This document shows, piece by piece, positions 35,761 to 50,631 of a stretch of 64,000 nt of DNA. The notes beneath the pieces are model-generated. The model had not been told where the DNA came from. It made no database searches and saw only the letters and a list, made by a program, of their open reading frames with translations. The stretch lies in assembly GCA_012295275.1 (NCBI GenBank), contig CM022672.1:13516001-13580000 (forward strand), in the 5' to 3' direction. The translations under genes were made by a program, and so were the position numbers. Every line of letters begins with the position of its first letter. Positions within the stretch are counted from its first letter, which is position 1. This DNA is from Chrysomallon squamiferum. Its lineage: Eukaryota; Animalia; Mollusca.

Positions 35761-38700
35761 CATAATGACAATCATAATAACAGCAATGGCCTAAAAAAAA
35801 CAAAAAAAAAAACACAATGGCAATAATTATAATTAAAATAACAACAACAATAACAGCAATAATAATAATAATAATAATAATAAAATAACAACTGCAAGAA
35901 GTAAAAGAATAACCCGAGTGTTTAATTTATTTGAGACAATTTACTCTTTATAATTCTTCATTTTAGCTTGTAACTGCAACAACCATGCTGCATCCTGTCA
36001 CTTTGATGAATCCAAGGGTTATGGTGTTTGTGACGGTTGTGTTAACAACACACAAGGTGAAAACTGCAACCAGTGTAAAACTGGTTTCTACGTCAACCCT
36101 CTTCTGTTGCCAGGAAGCAAGGATAAGCCTCAAACTGGAAAATGTTCCGGTAAGGATATTAAAAATGATAAATTTGTTTTGTGTGTCTGTCTCTTCATAT
36201 ATCTATAAATCTGTCTGTCTGTCTGCATTTCTGTCTACCTCTGTGTCTGCCTGTCTGCCAATCTCTCTATCTGTTTATCTATTTATCCATATATATCTCT
36301 GTTTATCTAGGTATCTATTTATCTATCAATCCATCTATCCATCCATCTATTTGTTCATCTCTCTTTCTATCTATCTGTTTGTCTGTCTTTCATTTTATAT
36401 TTTATCGTCTTTTTTCTTTGCCAAAAACATATTTTTGATTATTTATTTAATAATTTATTTACATATTTCTTGCCTCCATCCTAAACTTGACAGTATTTTA
36501 ATTTTTTTTTTTTTAAAAGATTTTATAATTTATTAATTTTTAAACAAATTCTAAAAATGTAACATTTATAAAAAAAAAAATTATGGATTATTATTATTAT
36601 TATTATAATTGTTGTTTTTTTTTAGACCCAAACTGATAAATTATGATAATTAGATGAGTAATCATTAAAATCTGGGATGAAAATGAAGCCACAGCTTTAT
36701 AGTATTGAATTTATGTGTTTGAAGCTTTATCTCCACATATATTGTTGGAATAAACGTCTGACTGTTTCAATTAGACACGAGACAGCAGTTACAGATGTCA
36801 CATTTAATATTTTATGTTAAATTATGATTCATGGATTAGAAATAAACAGCTAAGATTAGAAGGTTAAAAAAAAAAAATATATATATATATATGTATATTT
36901 ATTTTATTTATTTATTTTACTCACAAACTTTATTATTAGCAAATTTACTTCAAAACTATTAATTTTAATATGTGTGTGTGTATATATATATATTGATAAA
37001 TTTTTGAAAAGAAAACATACATAGAAAAGGTTTGAAATTATTTTCTGTTTACTGTATGGGTGTGCATATTTTATGCACTTGTATGTAAATATACATGCAT
37101 ATGTACAAACATATATATTAATAAAACTATTTTATTTAATATAATACATTATAAACTAATTGTAAATATAATATTGTAATTAAATATTTACTAATTCTCT
37201 AATATTCTTTTTAATTTTCAGGTTATGCTGGAGTTCAGCTTACAGGTAGATTGTATTGTTTGATATTTAAGTAATAAAAATCATTCTTCTGTTTAGTTAT
37301 TTTTAATTTTGCTATTATTATTATTATTATCATCATTAATATTATTTTCATCATTATTATATTATTTTCATTGTTATTATTACTAATGCAATTATTATTA
37401 TTATCATTATTTTGTATTTATTATTTTGATGATGCACTGAAATTTATTTGTGAAACTGCTCAAATTTATTAAACAAAAATATTTTCATTTCGCTAATTTT
37501 ATTAATAAATTTTCTATGTTGTTATTTATTACTATCTTGACTTTCATGAAATAATATAGTAAATATTGACTATTTAGTTCAGTTTTAAAATACAATTTAT
37601 TATTAATTTTTTTTTTATCTTTCTTTCAGAATATGACTGTGACAGTTACTGTATTCGTAAGTATTTTTTTTTTATCTCCATTAAAACCATCATCATTGGG
37701 TAAATTTTGTATTTTTTTGAAATACCAAAGTTATTGTTAGTAACAAGTTTCAAAATAAAATAAAATATATTTATATCATTTCTGTATATGTATGGCTTAA
37801 AAATTATGTTAATGTATTTGGTGTCAGTTAATTTTCTTGTAAAAATGATATCTTAAAACTGTTAATTTTAAAATGTTCTTGGGTCTCACTAAGCAGTTAT
37901 TTATTTAGTTAAATTACAATTATTATTATCATCATCAATGTCATTATCATCATCTTCAACATTATTACCATCATCATCTTCTTCATTATTATTATTACTA
38001 TTATTATTATTATTATATTCTAGCCCATGTGAGTTATATTTTTTGAGGTCTCATTTAACAGTTATTTATTCCGTCACATTACAATCATTAATTTCTTCAT
38101 ATTTGTATTTATTTTGCTCATTCAGCCTGTAACTGCAATGGGTCTGGTACTGATCCTAAAGACAACTACATGTGCAAGTCACAAACTGGGCAGTGTTTGT
38201 GTAAACAGAATGTAATGGGGACAAAATGTGATGAGTGCAAGGATACTTTCTGGGGCCTCACCAACTCGTTATTAGGATGTCAAAGTAAGTGTCACATCTT
38301 ATAGCATATAGTTTTAAATCAACTAAAGTTGATGTCCTTATGTAAGTCTGTTTACAATTAGCGACAGCAATTTAACATTTTGTGATGATACTGATGATGA
38401 TGTTACTGACTTCATTAAATGTTTGCTTTGTCTGTCTGTGTGCTGTGTGTATCTAAATATATATTTTATATATCTGTGTATTTCTAAATATATATTTTAT
38501 ATATCTGTGTATTTCTAAATATATATTTTATATATCTGTGTATTTCTTAATATATATTTTATATATCTGTGTATGTGTATGTAGCTGTTATATATTTATA
38601 TGAACGTGTATCTGTGTGTATGCGTAATTCTATGTATGCATGTTTCTATGTATGTGTGTATGCATTATGCATGTGTGTTTGTGTCTGTGTGTGTACGAGT

Positions 38701-39645
38701 ATGTATGTATGTATGTATGTATGTATGTATGTATGTGAGTGTATGTGTGTTTATGTATATATACAGTGGTGCCTTGACTTACAAATTTAATTCGTTCTGT
38801 GACCAAGATATAACTCAAATCTGCTCGTATATCAAATCAATTTTACCAACTGAAATTTATTGAAATACCATTAATCCATTTCAGCTGTCTTTTTAAATAA
38901 GAAAAATGTATTTATAAATGACAAATATTGTATAAAAAACTAAATAAAAGAGAACTTAAAGAAATAAATTGGTTTTGTAAAGTGTATTTATCTTGGAGAT
39001 CAGACAAATTATTTTAATGCCTTTGGCTGGAGTTACAGCCTTTATTGACTCCTTCAACTTCAGTATGGTACATATCACAGAAGTTGAGGTACCACTGTGT
39101 GTGTGTGTACATATATATATATATATATATATAAAATATATGTATGTGTATGAATGTAATATATATATATATATGAGTAAGTATGTATGAATTCGTATTT
39201 ATGTGCATGTAGTTGTATTTTTATATGTCTGTGCGTATATGAACATGTGTTCATGTGAGTTTGCATTTAATGTTCAAAAACAAACTTCCAGTCAAAGTAT
39301 TTTTTCCAGCAAAGAAGTACTCGTGTTATAAATAATCAAAATAAGTTTATCATGATCGTGTTGATATTGATTCTGTAGGAGACAGTTTACCAGTCCACTG
39401 AGTGTCTTGGCAGGAAGCCAGCCCACCTGTTTCCAGTGTCTTTTGTAACAGCCAAACATGTAGTTCAGTATACATATGATGTATTGAAATTTCTGAAGCT
39501 CCATCAACATACAGATGAAATAATTTTCATTCTCTCTCTGGTTGACTTAGTATTCTGAATGTTACAGAAATGGCTAGAAAATGTTTTTTGTAAGAAATTA
39601 TGCTGGTGTATGTCATAATAGTTTAAATCATTTTGTAAGTGTGTG

Positions 39646-39676
<31 letters not shown>

Positions 39677-39677
39677 C

Positions 39678-39725
<48 letters not shown>

Positions 39726-40939
39726 TTTCAGTATTGTATATTTATGTATGTACCATTGTGTGTTGGTCTATGTATTCATGGGCGTTCTAAAAAGATATGT
39801 ATTCAATATTACGAAAAGTAAATAAATAAAATGAAATGAAGTGAGATAAAATAAAAAAAAATTGCATGAAATAAATTTCATTATAAGGAAAAAGTTTTCA
39901 GAAATAAAAATGTTTTCAGTGAATCTTTGTCTATTAGTGTATGTATGTATTAGTGTGTGTGTGTGTGTGTGTGTCAGTATATGTATTCATCCAGGTGTGT
40001 GTCACTGTGTACATTTATCCATGTGTATGTGTGTGTCTCTTAATCAAAACACAGACACTAACTCAGTCTGATGTTTTATATTCATCAAAACAACAAAAAA
40101 TTTTCATTTTGAATTTATTTATTTTATTTTATTTTATTTTATTTTTGTAATGTCATTTAATTATTATAATTATTTTATTCTTTCTTTCTTTCTTTCTTTA
40201 TTTATATATACTTGAAGTTTTTTCCTGACACTATTTTCATAGTTTGCATGCACGGCTGTTGTCCTCACCACACCAGAACTACTCTTTCAAGCCACATGGC
40301 ATTCATTCACTCGCCGCATTGTTTACATGTCAAGTCACCACAGTTGTGTATCGTCAATTGTCTTTATGTTTTTAATTATAAAATGTTTATACCTAATTAT
40401 TTACATATTTAGATGCCTTGGTACCAGAAAAATCAGAAAATCCAGAAATCTGGAATGCCTCAGGCCCCAAGGAGTCCAGATAATTGGTCCGGTACCTGTA
40501 TTTATACTTTTTAATTTTTTATTTTTTTTCAGGCTGCAGCTGTAATGCATTTGGTTCATTTAACAGTACTAACTTCTGTGACAAAGTGACTGGTAACTGT
40601 GTATGTAAAAGCAATGTCCAGGGACAGAAATGTGACAAATGTAAGGTATGCTGTGATATTTCACTTAAAGAAAGTGATTCCTAAATTTTATAAAACCAAA
40701 ATGTATACTGAAAACTTGGGTACAGTTTCAGATTTCCAACTTTTTTAATTGAAATTTTGACTTTTATTCTAAATTTTTGATATATATCTTAGATTTTTTA
40801 TATTTATTTATTTATTTAGTTATTTATTTAGTTAGTTAGTTAGTTAGTTTTATTTTTATTTATTTATTTAGTTAGTTACTTGTTTATTTATTTAGTTGTT
40901 ATTTGTTTTATATTTATTTATTTGGTTGGTTGGTTAATT

Positions 40940-40982
<43 letters not shown>

Positions 40983-41626
40983 CTTATTTATTATTACTTT
41001 ATATTATTATTTTCTTTTTCTAAACATTCTCTTTCAAAGAATTTTGCATTCTAGCAATGCAATTTTACTTCTGAATAAATGGCTGCCACATGTTCATGTA
41101 AAACCATTCATGCTAGTTGTTAACAACAACTCACAGAAGGGTGATAATAATTTTAGTCTATTCCACAATCATTATATTGTACCACTAATACAAAAATACA
41201 GTAATAATCAATTCACAGAAAGATATACTGGAGGTTAATGGATGGATTCCAGCATTCATGTGTAAAAGGTCATAAGATCTGATGGTTTTATCACAACAGC
41301 AGGTTTATCAGAAGCTTTTGTACAAAACTGTGCTTTCCTGTCTGTGGAAATGCATCTTTAAAGACCCCTTATTGCCAAATGAAAAAAGAAATAGACTGTT
41401 ATGTGGCTGCTGTGGGCTTTTATATTATTTTTATGGGCTTTAACTCTATCTGTATCACTATACATTACAACAGCTCTTGTTGTCAATTGAAACTGATCAG
41501 CATTATTTATAATGAATAGCTTAAAATGTCTAAAGTATGTTATTGAATAATATTTTTTTTGTAATAATAAAATATTTCTTTCTTCTGTCTGACAAATATT
41601 CATCATTGAGTTAAGGTTATTCTTGA

Positions 41627-41667
<41 letters not shown>

Positions 41668-41767
41668 TGTGTGTTTATTATACACAAACATATTTTTGAC
41701 ATTTTAATCTATACATAATAAAACCTGTAAATAATTAAAATAATAATAATGATAAATAAATAAATAA

Positions 41768-41800
<33 letters not shown>

Positions 41801-44147
41801 TTTTATTTTTATTTTTTAAATTTACTTTTTCAGCCAGGAAGCTATAACTTGCAGTCATCCAATGTGGTTGATGGTTGTACTTTGTGTGGTTGTGATCCAG
41901 GTGGTGCAGTGAACTTGGAGTGCAGTGACACAGGTGTCTGTACCTGTAAACCTAACGTTATAGGTCGCACCTGTAATCAGACAGCTCCAAACACATACAT
42001 TCCAAAACTCGATCACTTTACATTTGATGTCGAATTTCAAAATAAAGATGTAAGATTTATATTTATATTTGGTTTATTTTTATTACTGTATTATCATCTT
42101 CATCAACATCATTGTCATCATCATTATTATTTGTTTATTTTATTTTATTTATTTATTTTTATTATTACCACCCTGTTATTATTATTATTATTGTTATTAT
42201 CATTGCATCATCATTATCATCGTTATTATTTATTTTATTTTTATTATTATTGACCTGTTGATATTGTTATTGTTATTGTTATTATTGTTCTTGTTTTTAC
42301 TGCTATTGTTGTTCATGTTGGATTAGCATTCTTCTTTTTCTTCTTCCCTATTATTATTGTTCTTGCTGTTATTACTATTACTGTTATAATAATTTATTTA
42401 TTTATTTAAATAATTATTTATTTTACTTATGTACTTTAGTAAATTCAACCATTAATAGTAGCAGAACTTCCCAGTTCAGATTGAATTTAATTTTGTTTTT
42501 CTTTCCATTTATATATTTGTATATGCACATGTGTTTATGAGTATATGTATATATATGTGTGTGTGTGTGTATGTATGTATGTATGCATAGATATTGTATA
42601 TATATCTATCTATATATATATCTATATCTATATATATATATATATATTTTTTAAGTATATGTTTGTACATGTAATAATACATGTCTATTTGTGTGACTGT
42701 GTGTATCTATTTTTGTGAAGTTTTTATTTTAAATTTTATTTTTTATTTTTTTGATAGCTGAGAAAAGGCATTACAATAATTCTAACAGCATCTGTAAAAA
42801 CATAATAATGCAGAAAAACTTAAAAGTTTTTTAAAATATTTTTCAGGGTCTGAAGGAAGTACAAATACCTGGACATGGTCAGAAAGTCACTGGTAGAGGA
42901 GTTCTTGAGCTGACGCCCGACAAGAAGATGACAGTGAATATTTCAGTGCCTGTTACACACACATACGATATTGTCATTCGATATCAGGTCAGTTTGTTCA
43001 CTGTTTTATTCTCTGTGAAAGAAAAAATAATTTTATTGTTGTCTCTTTTATGATTTTGTTTTTTTTATTATTATTTATTGATTTCTCCAAATAATGCTGA
43101 CTGAAGATTTAAGACAGAATTTCAGACAGAAGATTTGTAAAAAAAAATATTAATAAGTCCTTGAAAAAAAGATGATTTTTTACTATTATTATTAGCAGTA
43201 GTAGTAGTAATAGTAGTTCTAATAGTATTGTTGTCACTCTGGTTTTAGTGTCTGTAAATGTAAAGATATTTTAAAACCTATAAATTGAATAATAATGTTG
43301 CATGATGTGACAGTTTTAATCATTCCTAAAAGCTGTGTGGTTTATTTGTGAATTGTGTTTCTGTCTCTGTTAAAAAAATATCATTAATAAATATAGTAAT
43401 CATAACTATAATAATGATTATAAAAATGACGATGATGGTAATGATAATAATGATGTTGATGATTATGATAACAGTAACAACAATAGTAAACATTATGTAA
43501 CAAAAATATAATTATAATGCCCTGTTTATATTTCTGGAGACATTTAAATAAATAAATAATAACTTATAAGTTAAAATAATATATATATATATTATACTGT
43601 AAAGTTATTGATGTTTACTGATTATTTAAAAAAATGAACACGTTCATTTTCTTTTTTATTTTACTTTTGTTGTTGCTCTATTCATAACAATACACTTTTT
43701 AACTGATATTTCAGATGAAAGTTATGAATGCTGCACTTAATGGGCAGATAATTCAGGTGGCTGGTGTGGCCTATGAATGTGAGGGCAAGCAGTACACAGC
43801 TCAACAGACTTGGCCAATAACTGGAATTTCATTGGCTGGAATGACAGATTCAGGTTAAAATCAAACATTTATTATTGGTAAAAGATTATCATTAAAAACT
43901 GAACATTTATCGTTAGTAAAGGATTATTACAAATATATCTTTAAAGACTGAACAGTTATTATTAGTAAATAGATATTACGAATAAGTTTTTAAAAAGTTA
44001 ATTTTTATTTTTAGTAAGTCATTTTTATAAGCTATGCCATTACAAATTGAACAATATTTATTAGTAAATGGTTATTATGAATGATGACATTATAAAACTG
44101 AACATGAATTTTTACAGCATGGTCAAAAAACGAAGAAGAAAAAGAAA

Positions 44148-44234
<87 letters not shown>

Positions 44235-44456
44235 TAATGATAATAAAATACCCTTCTTTTAAAAAAAAGCATTTTTGGTCATTTGCAACTAATTATTTAT
44301 TTATGTTTATAGTATTTAATCAGCTCTGTTATAAAAAAGATATATTTCCTTTAATAGAAAGAGCTTACTATAGCTTGTTATCAACATCTATATAGAATTT
44401 AATATATAAAATATTTTGTAAATTTGTTGTATTTTTATCGTGTTTTTTTTATGATG

Positions 44457-44510
<54 letters not shown>

Positions 44511-45468
44511 GTTTATTTGGCAGGGTCTGCAGTAATAGGGAGTCTGTGTATGAAAGCAACACAGAACTACACACTGACATTCAGTGTAGCTTCTCTATGC
44601 TTGATTGATTCAGTAAGTTCTCATTATCATCATATTATCTAAAATTACCTAAAATGTGTCGTTTTTCTTTTTCCTTTGTTCTTTTTAAAGGTCATTATCT
44701 TTTCTCATCATTCTAATTACTTATTCTCTTTATTTTTTTATCTTACAAAATTTTACTTATGTAAAGATATTAAAAATTTTAGGTTTAGATAACTAATTTT
44801 TTTACATCAGTAATAACACATTGTTTCTACAGTTAAAAAAAAGTATTTAGTTGAACTTGTAGTTACCACTAAAGTCTCATTAATCAAACTGATTTCAGTA
44901 TTCTAGCTTACCGCATGCCACCATAACAACATAAGTCACTGTGCCTTCATTTTATAAATATATTCTCTTAATATACAACTGCTCAAAACTGTATCCAGTC
45001 ATGCAGACAACTGAAATTACGTTTTTTTTATTTATCTCCAACCAATATTTCTAAAGTTAATTATTTTACTTCCAGTTAATTTAGAACAAAATTCTGTTTA
45101 TAATTTTAGATTATTCTGCTTCCTAAGCTTGAGAGTCTGTCAGTTTACAAAGCTGCTGGTGCAGCAAGCAAGGACCACATGAAGAAATGCTGGGAGGCCA
45201 GTAAGCCAGTTAACCCATCACAGAGAAATTCTTTGAACTGCTCGTCAGTTGAATTTTCTCTGATGGCCGACTTATTTGGAAAAGCTTTACGTAAGAATTT
45301 TATTTTTTGATGCTGTTTCGTTACTGTGGTAATGATTATAATGAAAATTTTGTTGTTGTTGTTGTTGTTGTTTTTATTGTTATTATTTCTGTTACTATTA
45401 TTGTTATTATTATTATTGATGTTATTATTGTTGTGTCTATTTATTATTATTATTACTATTATTATTAC

Positions 45469-45519
<51 letters not shown>

Positions 45520-48500
45520 CATTTATTATTTATTTCTACTGGTTATATTAAAATTGTTCATTATTATTTTATATTATATTTAAAAATTCATTTTTTTTCT
45601 GTTATAAAAATAGTGATTAGTTTATTATATGTGTATTTGTGTCTGTATATATCTATCGTTCTGTCTACCTGTTTCTCTGTCTATTTATCTATATATATAT
45701 ATCTATATATATTAAAAGCCTAAGTTCTGAAAATATGTTTTTTTCAGCTTGTTCTTGTAGTGCTGATGGTACAAAACCAAACACAGTTTGTGATTCATTT
45801 GGAGGCCAGTGCCAGTGCAAAGACAACGTCATTCTTCGAGAATGTAGTATTTGTCGTGTGGATTCATTTGGACAAAATGTAAAAGATGGATGTGCAGGTA
45901 TGATAAATAAAAACTTTATGACAATCAAAGTGATTTTTATAAACATTTTCTGAGCTGAAATAAATCACAAGTGATTTTTTTATTAATTTTATAAAAAAAA
46001 ATTATATATTTTTTTATTATTTCAAAGAGCACAAATGTTGTTTTTTTCTAAAATTTATAATCCTTCTTCCTCTGTTAAGAAAAGTTGGATAATAAAAAAT
46101 TGTTTTATTTTGTATATCGTAGCCTGCCACTGTAATCTTGGTGGGTCTGTGAAAGCTGTCTGTAATGAGAGTGGATTTTGTGAGTGTCATCCAAATGTGA
46201 TAGGAATGAAATGCGATTCCTGCCTACCAAATTATTTTGGTCTTTCTAAAGGTATTAAATGATTTGTGTCTACCAAATTATTTTGGTATTTCTAAAGGTG
46301 TTATGATCTTTTTACTATATAAAATTAATTTGAATTTTATATACAGTGTAAAATACACAGGTTCAAGTTTATCTTTTAAAAAAAAATAAAAGCTTAATTT
46401 TATTTTTATTTTATTTTATTCTTTTTAAATAATAAAACAATATTTTAAATTTTTATTATTGCAAACATACATTAAAACCTCTCAATTACTTTCTTAGTTT
46501 AAATTATTATTTTAAACTGCCATTAAATTTAACAGGAAGTGAGTACAAATACATGATTTCATGCAGAGGTTAATATTCCATGTTTTAAATTCTGTCATAA
46601 GTAAATATTTCAAATTCTGGTTGTATTAAAACTCAATTAAAAATACATATTTGGGATAATGATTGTATTAAAATTATATTACAGAATAAATATTTCAGAT
46701 ACTGTTTGTATTAAAATTACATTATAAATAAATACACTGGATCTGCACTATTAAAATTGTATGATAAATAAATATTTAAGTAAATATTACAGGTATTATT
46801 GAAATTAAATTATAAGTAAATGTTACAGGTACAGGTTGTATTGAAATTAAACTATAAGTAAATATTACAGGTACTGGTATTATTGAAATTAAACTATAAG
46901 TAAATGTTACAGGTACTGGTTGTATTAAAATTAAACTAAATGTAAATATTACAGGTATTATTGAAATTAAACTATAAATAAATGTTACAGGTACTGGTTG
47001 TATTAAAATTAAACTATAAGTAAATGTTACAAGTACTGGTTGTATTGAAATTAAACTAAATGTAAATATTACAGGTATTATTGAAATTAAACTATAAGTA
47101 AATGTTACAGGTTGTATTGAAATTAAACTATAAGTTAATGTTACAGGTTGTATTGAAATTAAGCTATAAATAAATGTTGCAGGTACTGGTATTATTGAAA
47201 TTAAACTAAAAGTAAATATTACAGGTATTATTGAAATTAAACTTTAAGTAAATGTTACAGGTATTATTGAAATTAAGCTATAATTAAATGTTACAGGTTG
47301 TATTGAAATTAAACTGTAAGTAAATGTTACAGGTTGTATTGAAATTAAACTATAAGTAAATGTTACAGGTATTATTGAAATTAAACTACAAGTAAATGTT
47401 ACAGGTATTTTTGAAATTAAACTATAAGTAAATGTTACAGGTACTGGTTGTATCAAGTGTGAGTGTAACTCGGAATATTCCTTCAACAACTCGTGCGCTG
47501 ATAATGGTCAGTGTGCGTGTAAACCTGGTGTCAGTGGACTGCTGTGTACGCAGTGTGCTGACGGGTAAGATGTCAGTTTTAATAAAACAGATCTTGTTTC
47601 TTTTCTATATGTTAACATTGTGCGTGTTTGTGTGTCTGAGTGTGTGTGTGTGACTGAGTCTGTGCACATGCATGCATGTGTTTTGTGACATAAATATCAA
47701 TTTTTGACATTTGACAATAATGATGATTCTTTATTTGCTAATTAAAAAGAGTAGATTAATTGCTTGGCGATGATGAATTTTTCTCATGTTGTTGTTATTA
47801 TTTATATACTGTCAAAAATATAAAAAAATAACTTGTATGTTTAGTAAAATAAAACCTATCTTCCATTACATACAATTTCAGCTTTTTTTGTCCTTATTTG
47901 TTTTTTTTTTAAACATTTTAGGCACTTTTTTCTAATTCTTTTACTTTTTATTTTTTTTATATTATATTTATTTTCAACAAAATATAGTTAAATGATACAT
48001 AATGATTTTGCATTAGCAATTGCATTTTTTTTTCTTGTAAATTGCAGATTCTTCAATTTGACAAATGAGGGTTGTTCCCCTTGCAAATGTGATGTAAATG
48101 GCAGCACCAGTTTGGTGTGTAACAAAGTGACTGGGGTATGTCCTTGTAAATCAGCAACAACTGGACAGAAGTGTTCGCAGTGCAAGCCTGGTAAACAACA
48201 ACTAAATAACTAAATTATACAACAACCACAACAGCAACCACAACACCATTTATATTGGTAATAATTAAAGAAATAGATAAATAAATAAAAAATATATTTA
48301 AAAAATAATAAATAAATAAATAAATAACAATAACAGATCAGCATAATAACAGAGATGAAATGAGATCTAAATACAAATCCTATATCTTTATTTAGAAATT
48401 GTCTTTTCACATAGGTTTTGGTTACCATGAGAGCTTTTGTTTTACTATATATATTTTTTTTATTTCAAAGAGCACAAATATAAAGTTGGTTTCTTTCTGA

Positions 48501-50600
48501 AATTTTCAGTCATTTTGGGGTTGCAGTAATTAAAATGCATTTTTTCTTATAGGTAATTTTATTGAGTGAAATAGAAAATGCTAATAAAATATGTAAAATA
48601 CAAATTTTTGCATTTTTGTGAAATGGGAAACAATTATCTTTTTCTCATGTTTTATTAGTGTATCTATTAGAAATGAGATTTCAATCAGGAGTGTTTCATT
48701 TGGATACTTAAAAATAATCTGAAGAAGTAACATTGAAATAAAATTTTTAAATTAAACATTGGAATAATATATTGTAAATCATGTTGTAAAATATAACATG
48801 AAAAAATATTTTAAAATGTTGCTGTAATTAAAAATAAAAAAAATTGAAATTATGTAAATAAAATATATAAATTAAAAAAAAAGAAATGTTGAAATTATGT
48901 AAATATAATAAGGAAATAAATTAAAGAAGAAATATTGAAATTATGTAAATAAAAAAAATGAAAGGAATAAATTGAAATAAAATTATCACTAGAATTAAAA
49001 CCAATGAAAATAAAATATCAAAATATAATTCTAAGATGTTTTAAATAACAAAAATTCAATGAATTAACATATATTACCAAATATCCAAATTGAACCAACT
49101 GAGAACAATTGAAACAAAAAAGATAATTGTTAGTATCTGTGAAAAAATTAAATTGAAGTATAATTTACAGAAGCAGAACTTAAAAAAAAAAATAATAATA
49201 ATAATATGAAATTTAAATTCAGAAAAGTGATATTGAAATAAAAATAGAAAAATAAGATGCAAAAATATTTTGAAACTAAAATTTAAATACATAAAATGGA
49301 ATTTAAAAAAATAAAAATAAAATTTAAAAATTTTTTTAGCTGTAAAGTTATTCAAATATTTATAAAAATAACAGAAATAAAATTAAAATAAATATAGAGA
49401 AAATAAAATTGAAAATAATAAAATTATTAAGTAATTTGGGAAATAATTAAGATTATGTAGGAATAAACATTTTTTATTTTATTTTAACTGAACAGAATAA
49501 TAGAATTTCTTTTTTAAATTTAAGAAAACAATATAAAATTAAAACATTACAAAATACACACTTCTAAAAAAAAATTATTTAAAGAATTATCATGGAAGTA
49601 AAATTTTAAAACATGACAATGAAAATATATTTGATACGTAACACAGAAACAAAGATATAAAATTACAATAAATTCATACTAAGAATCTGTAAGGTAAACT
49701 GTATGTCATCTATTGTACCTAGGATATTTTGGGCTTGGCCCATGGAGTAAAGATGGCTGCCTTAAGTGCTTCTGCTCTGGAAAGTCTGAAAAGTGTTACT
49801 CAGCTCCTGGCTGGTACCTGAACACAACTGTGAGTCTGTGGACGCTGAAGTCAAGCAATGCTGTAGATGAGAGGTGGAAAGGAGAGGACGATGGCGGCAA
49901 TGTAGTCCAAGTAACAGAAAGCATCGTGTTGGCCATAGTTCCTCCTCGGTGAGCGTTTCTGACAGGTCAAGTTGAATAATTTAGAAAAATACAAATAATG
50001 TTGTTTTTTTCTTTTGTTTTTTTCTTGCAGTTTATATTCAGCAACATACAGAACAGAAAAATAAATTTAAAAATTAAAATAAATATTTTAAATTGTTTAT
50101 ATTTAGTAGAACTGTTGTGATGATTCTGAATTCATGGTTAATGTAGATAACAAATAGAGAAGAAAAAATACAATAAAAAATATATAAAATTAAAATAAAT
50201 AGTTCATATAACTATTAATTGATAAATTTGTTTCCATGGCAATGGAAATAAAACAGAAAAAAAAAAAAATTTTAAATAGTTCATATTCAACAGTGGTAAT
50301 CCTGAGAATGTACAAAACAGATAAATAAGTAAAAAAAAATATTTTTGAAAATATTTTAAATTGTTTATTTGCAGTATTTCCTTTTGAACTCTGGTTTTTT
50401 CTTTAAAAATCAGCTTTTTATACTTTGCATGTAATTTTGTTCAGTTTAGACAATAAGTGCTGTCCCTTCTTGTTCCTTTTCTTCTGTGCTATTATTATGT
50501 TCCGATACGGCAGGTTTCATTTTAGATTTGGAATATTCTGCAATTATTTTTAACAATCATAAATTACATTCATGTTGCTAACTCATTTCATAGATTTTTT

Positions 50601-50631
<31 letters not shown>

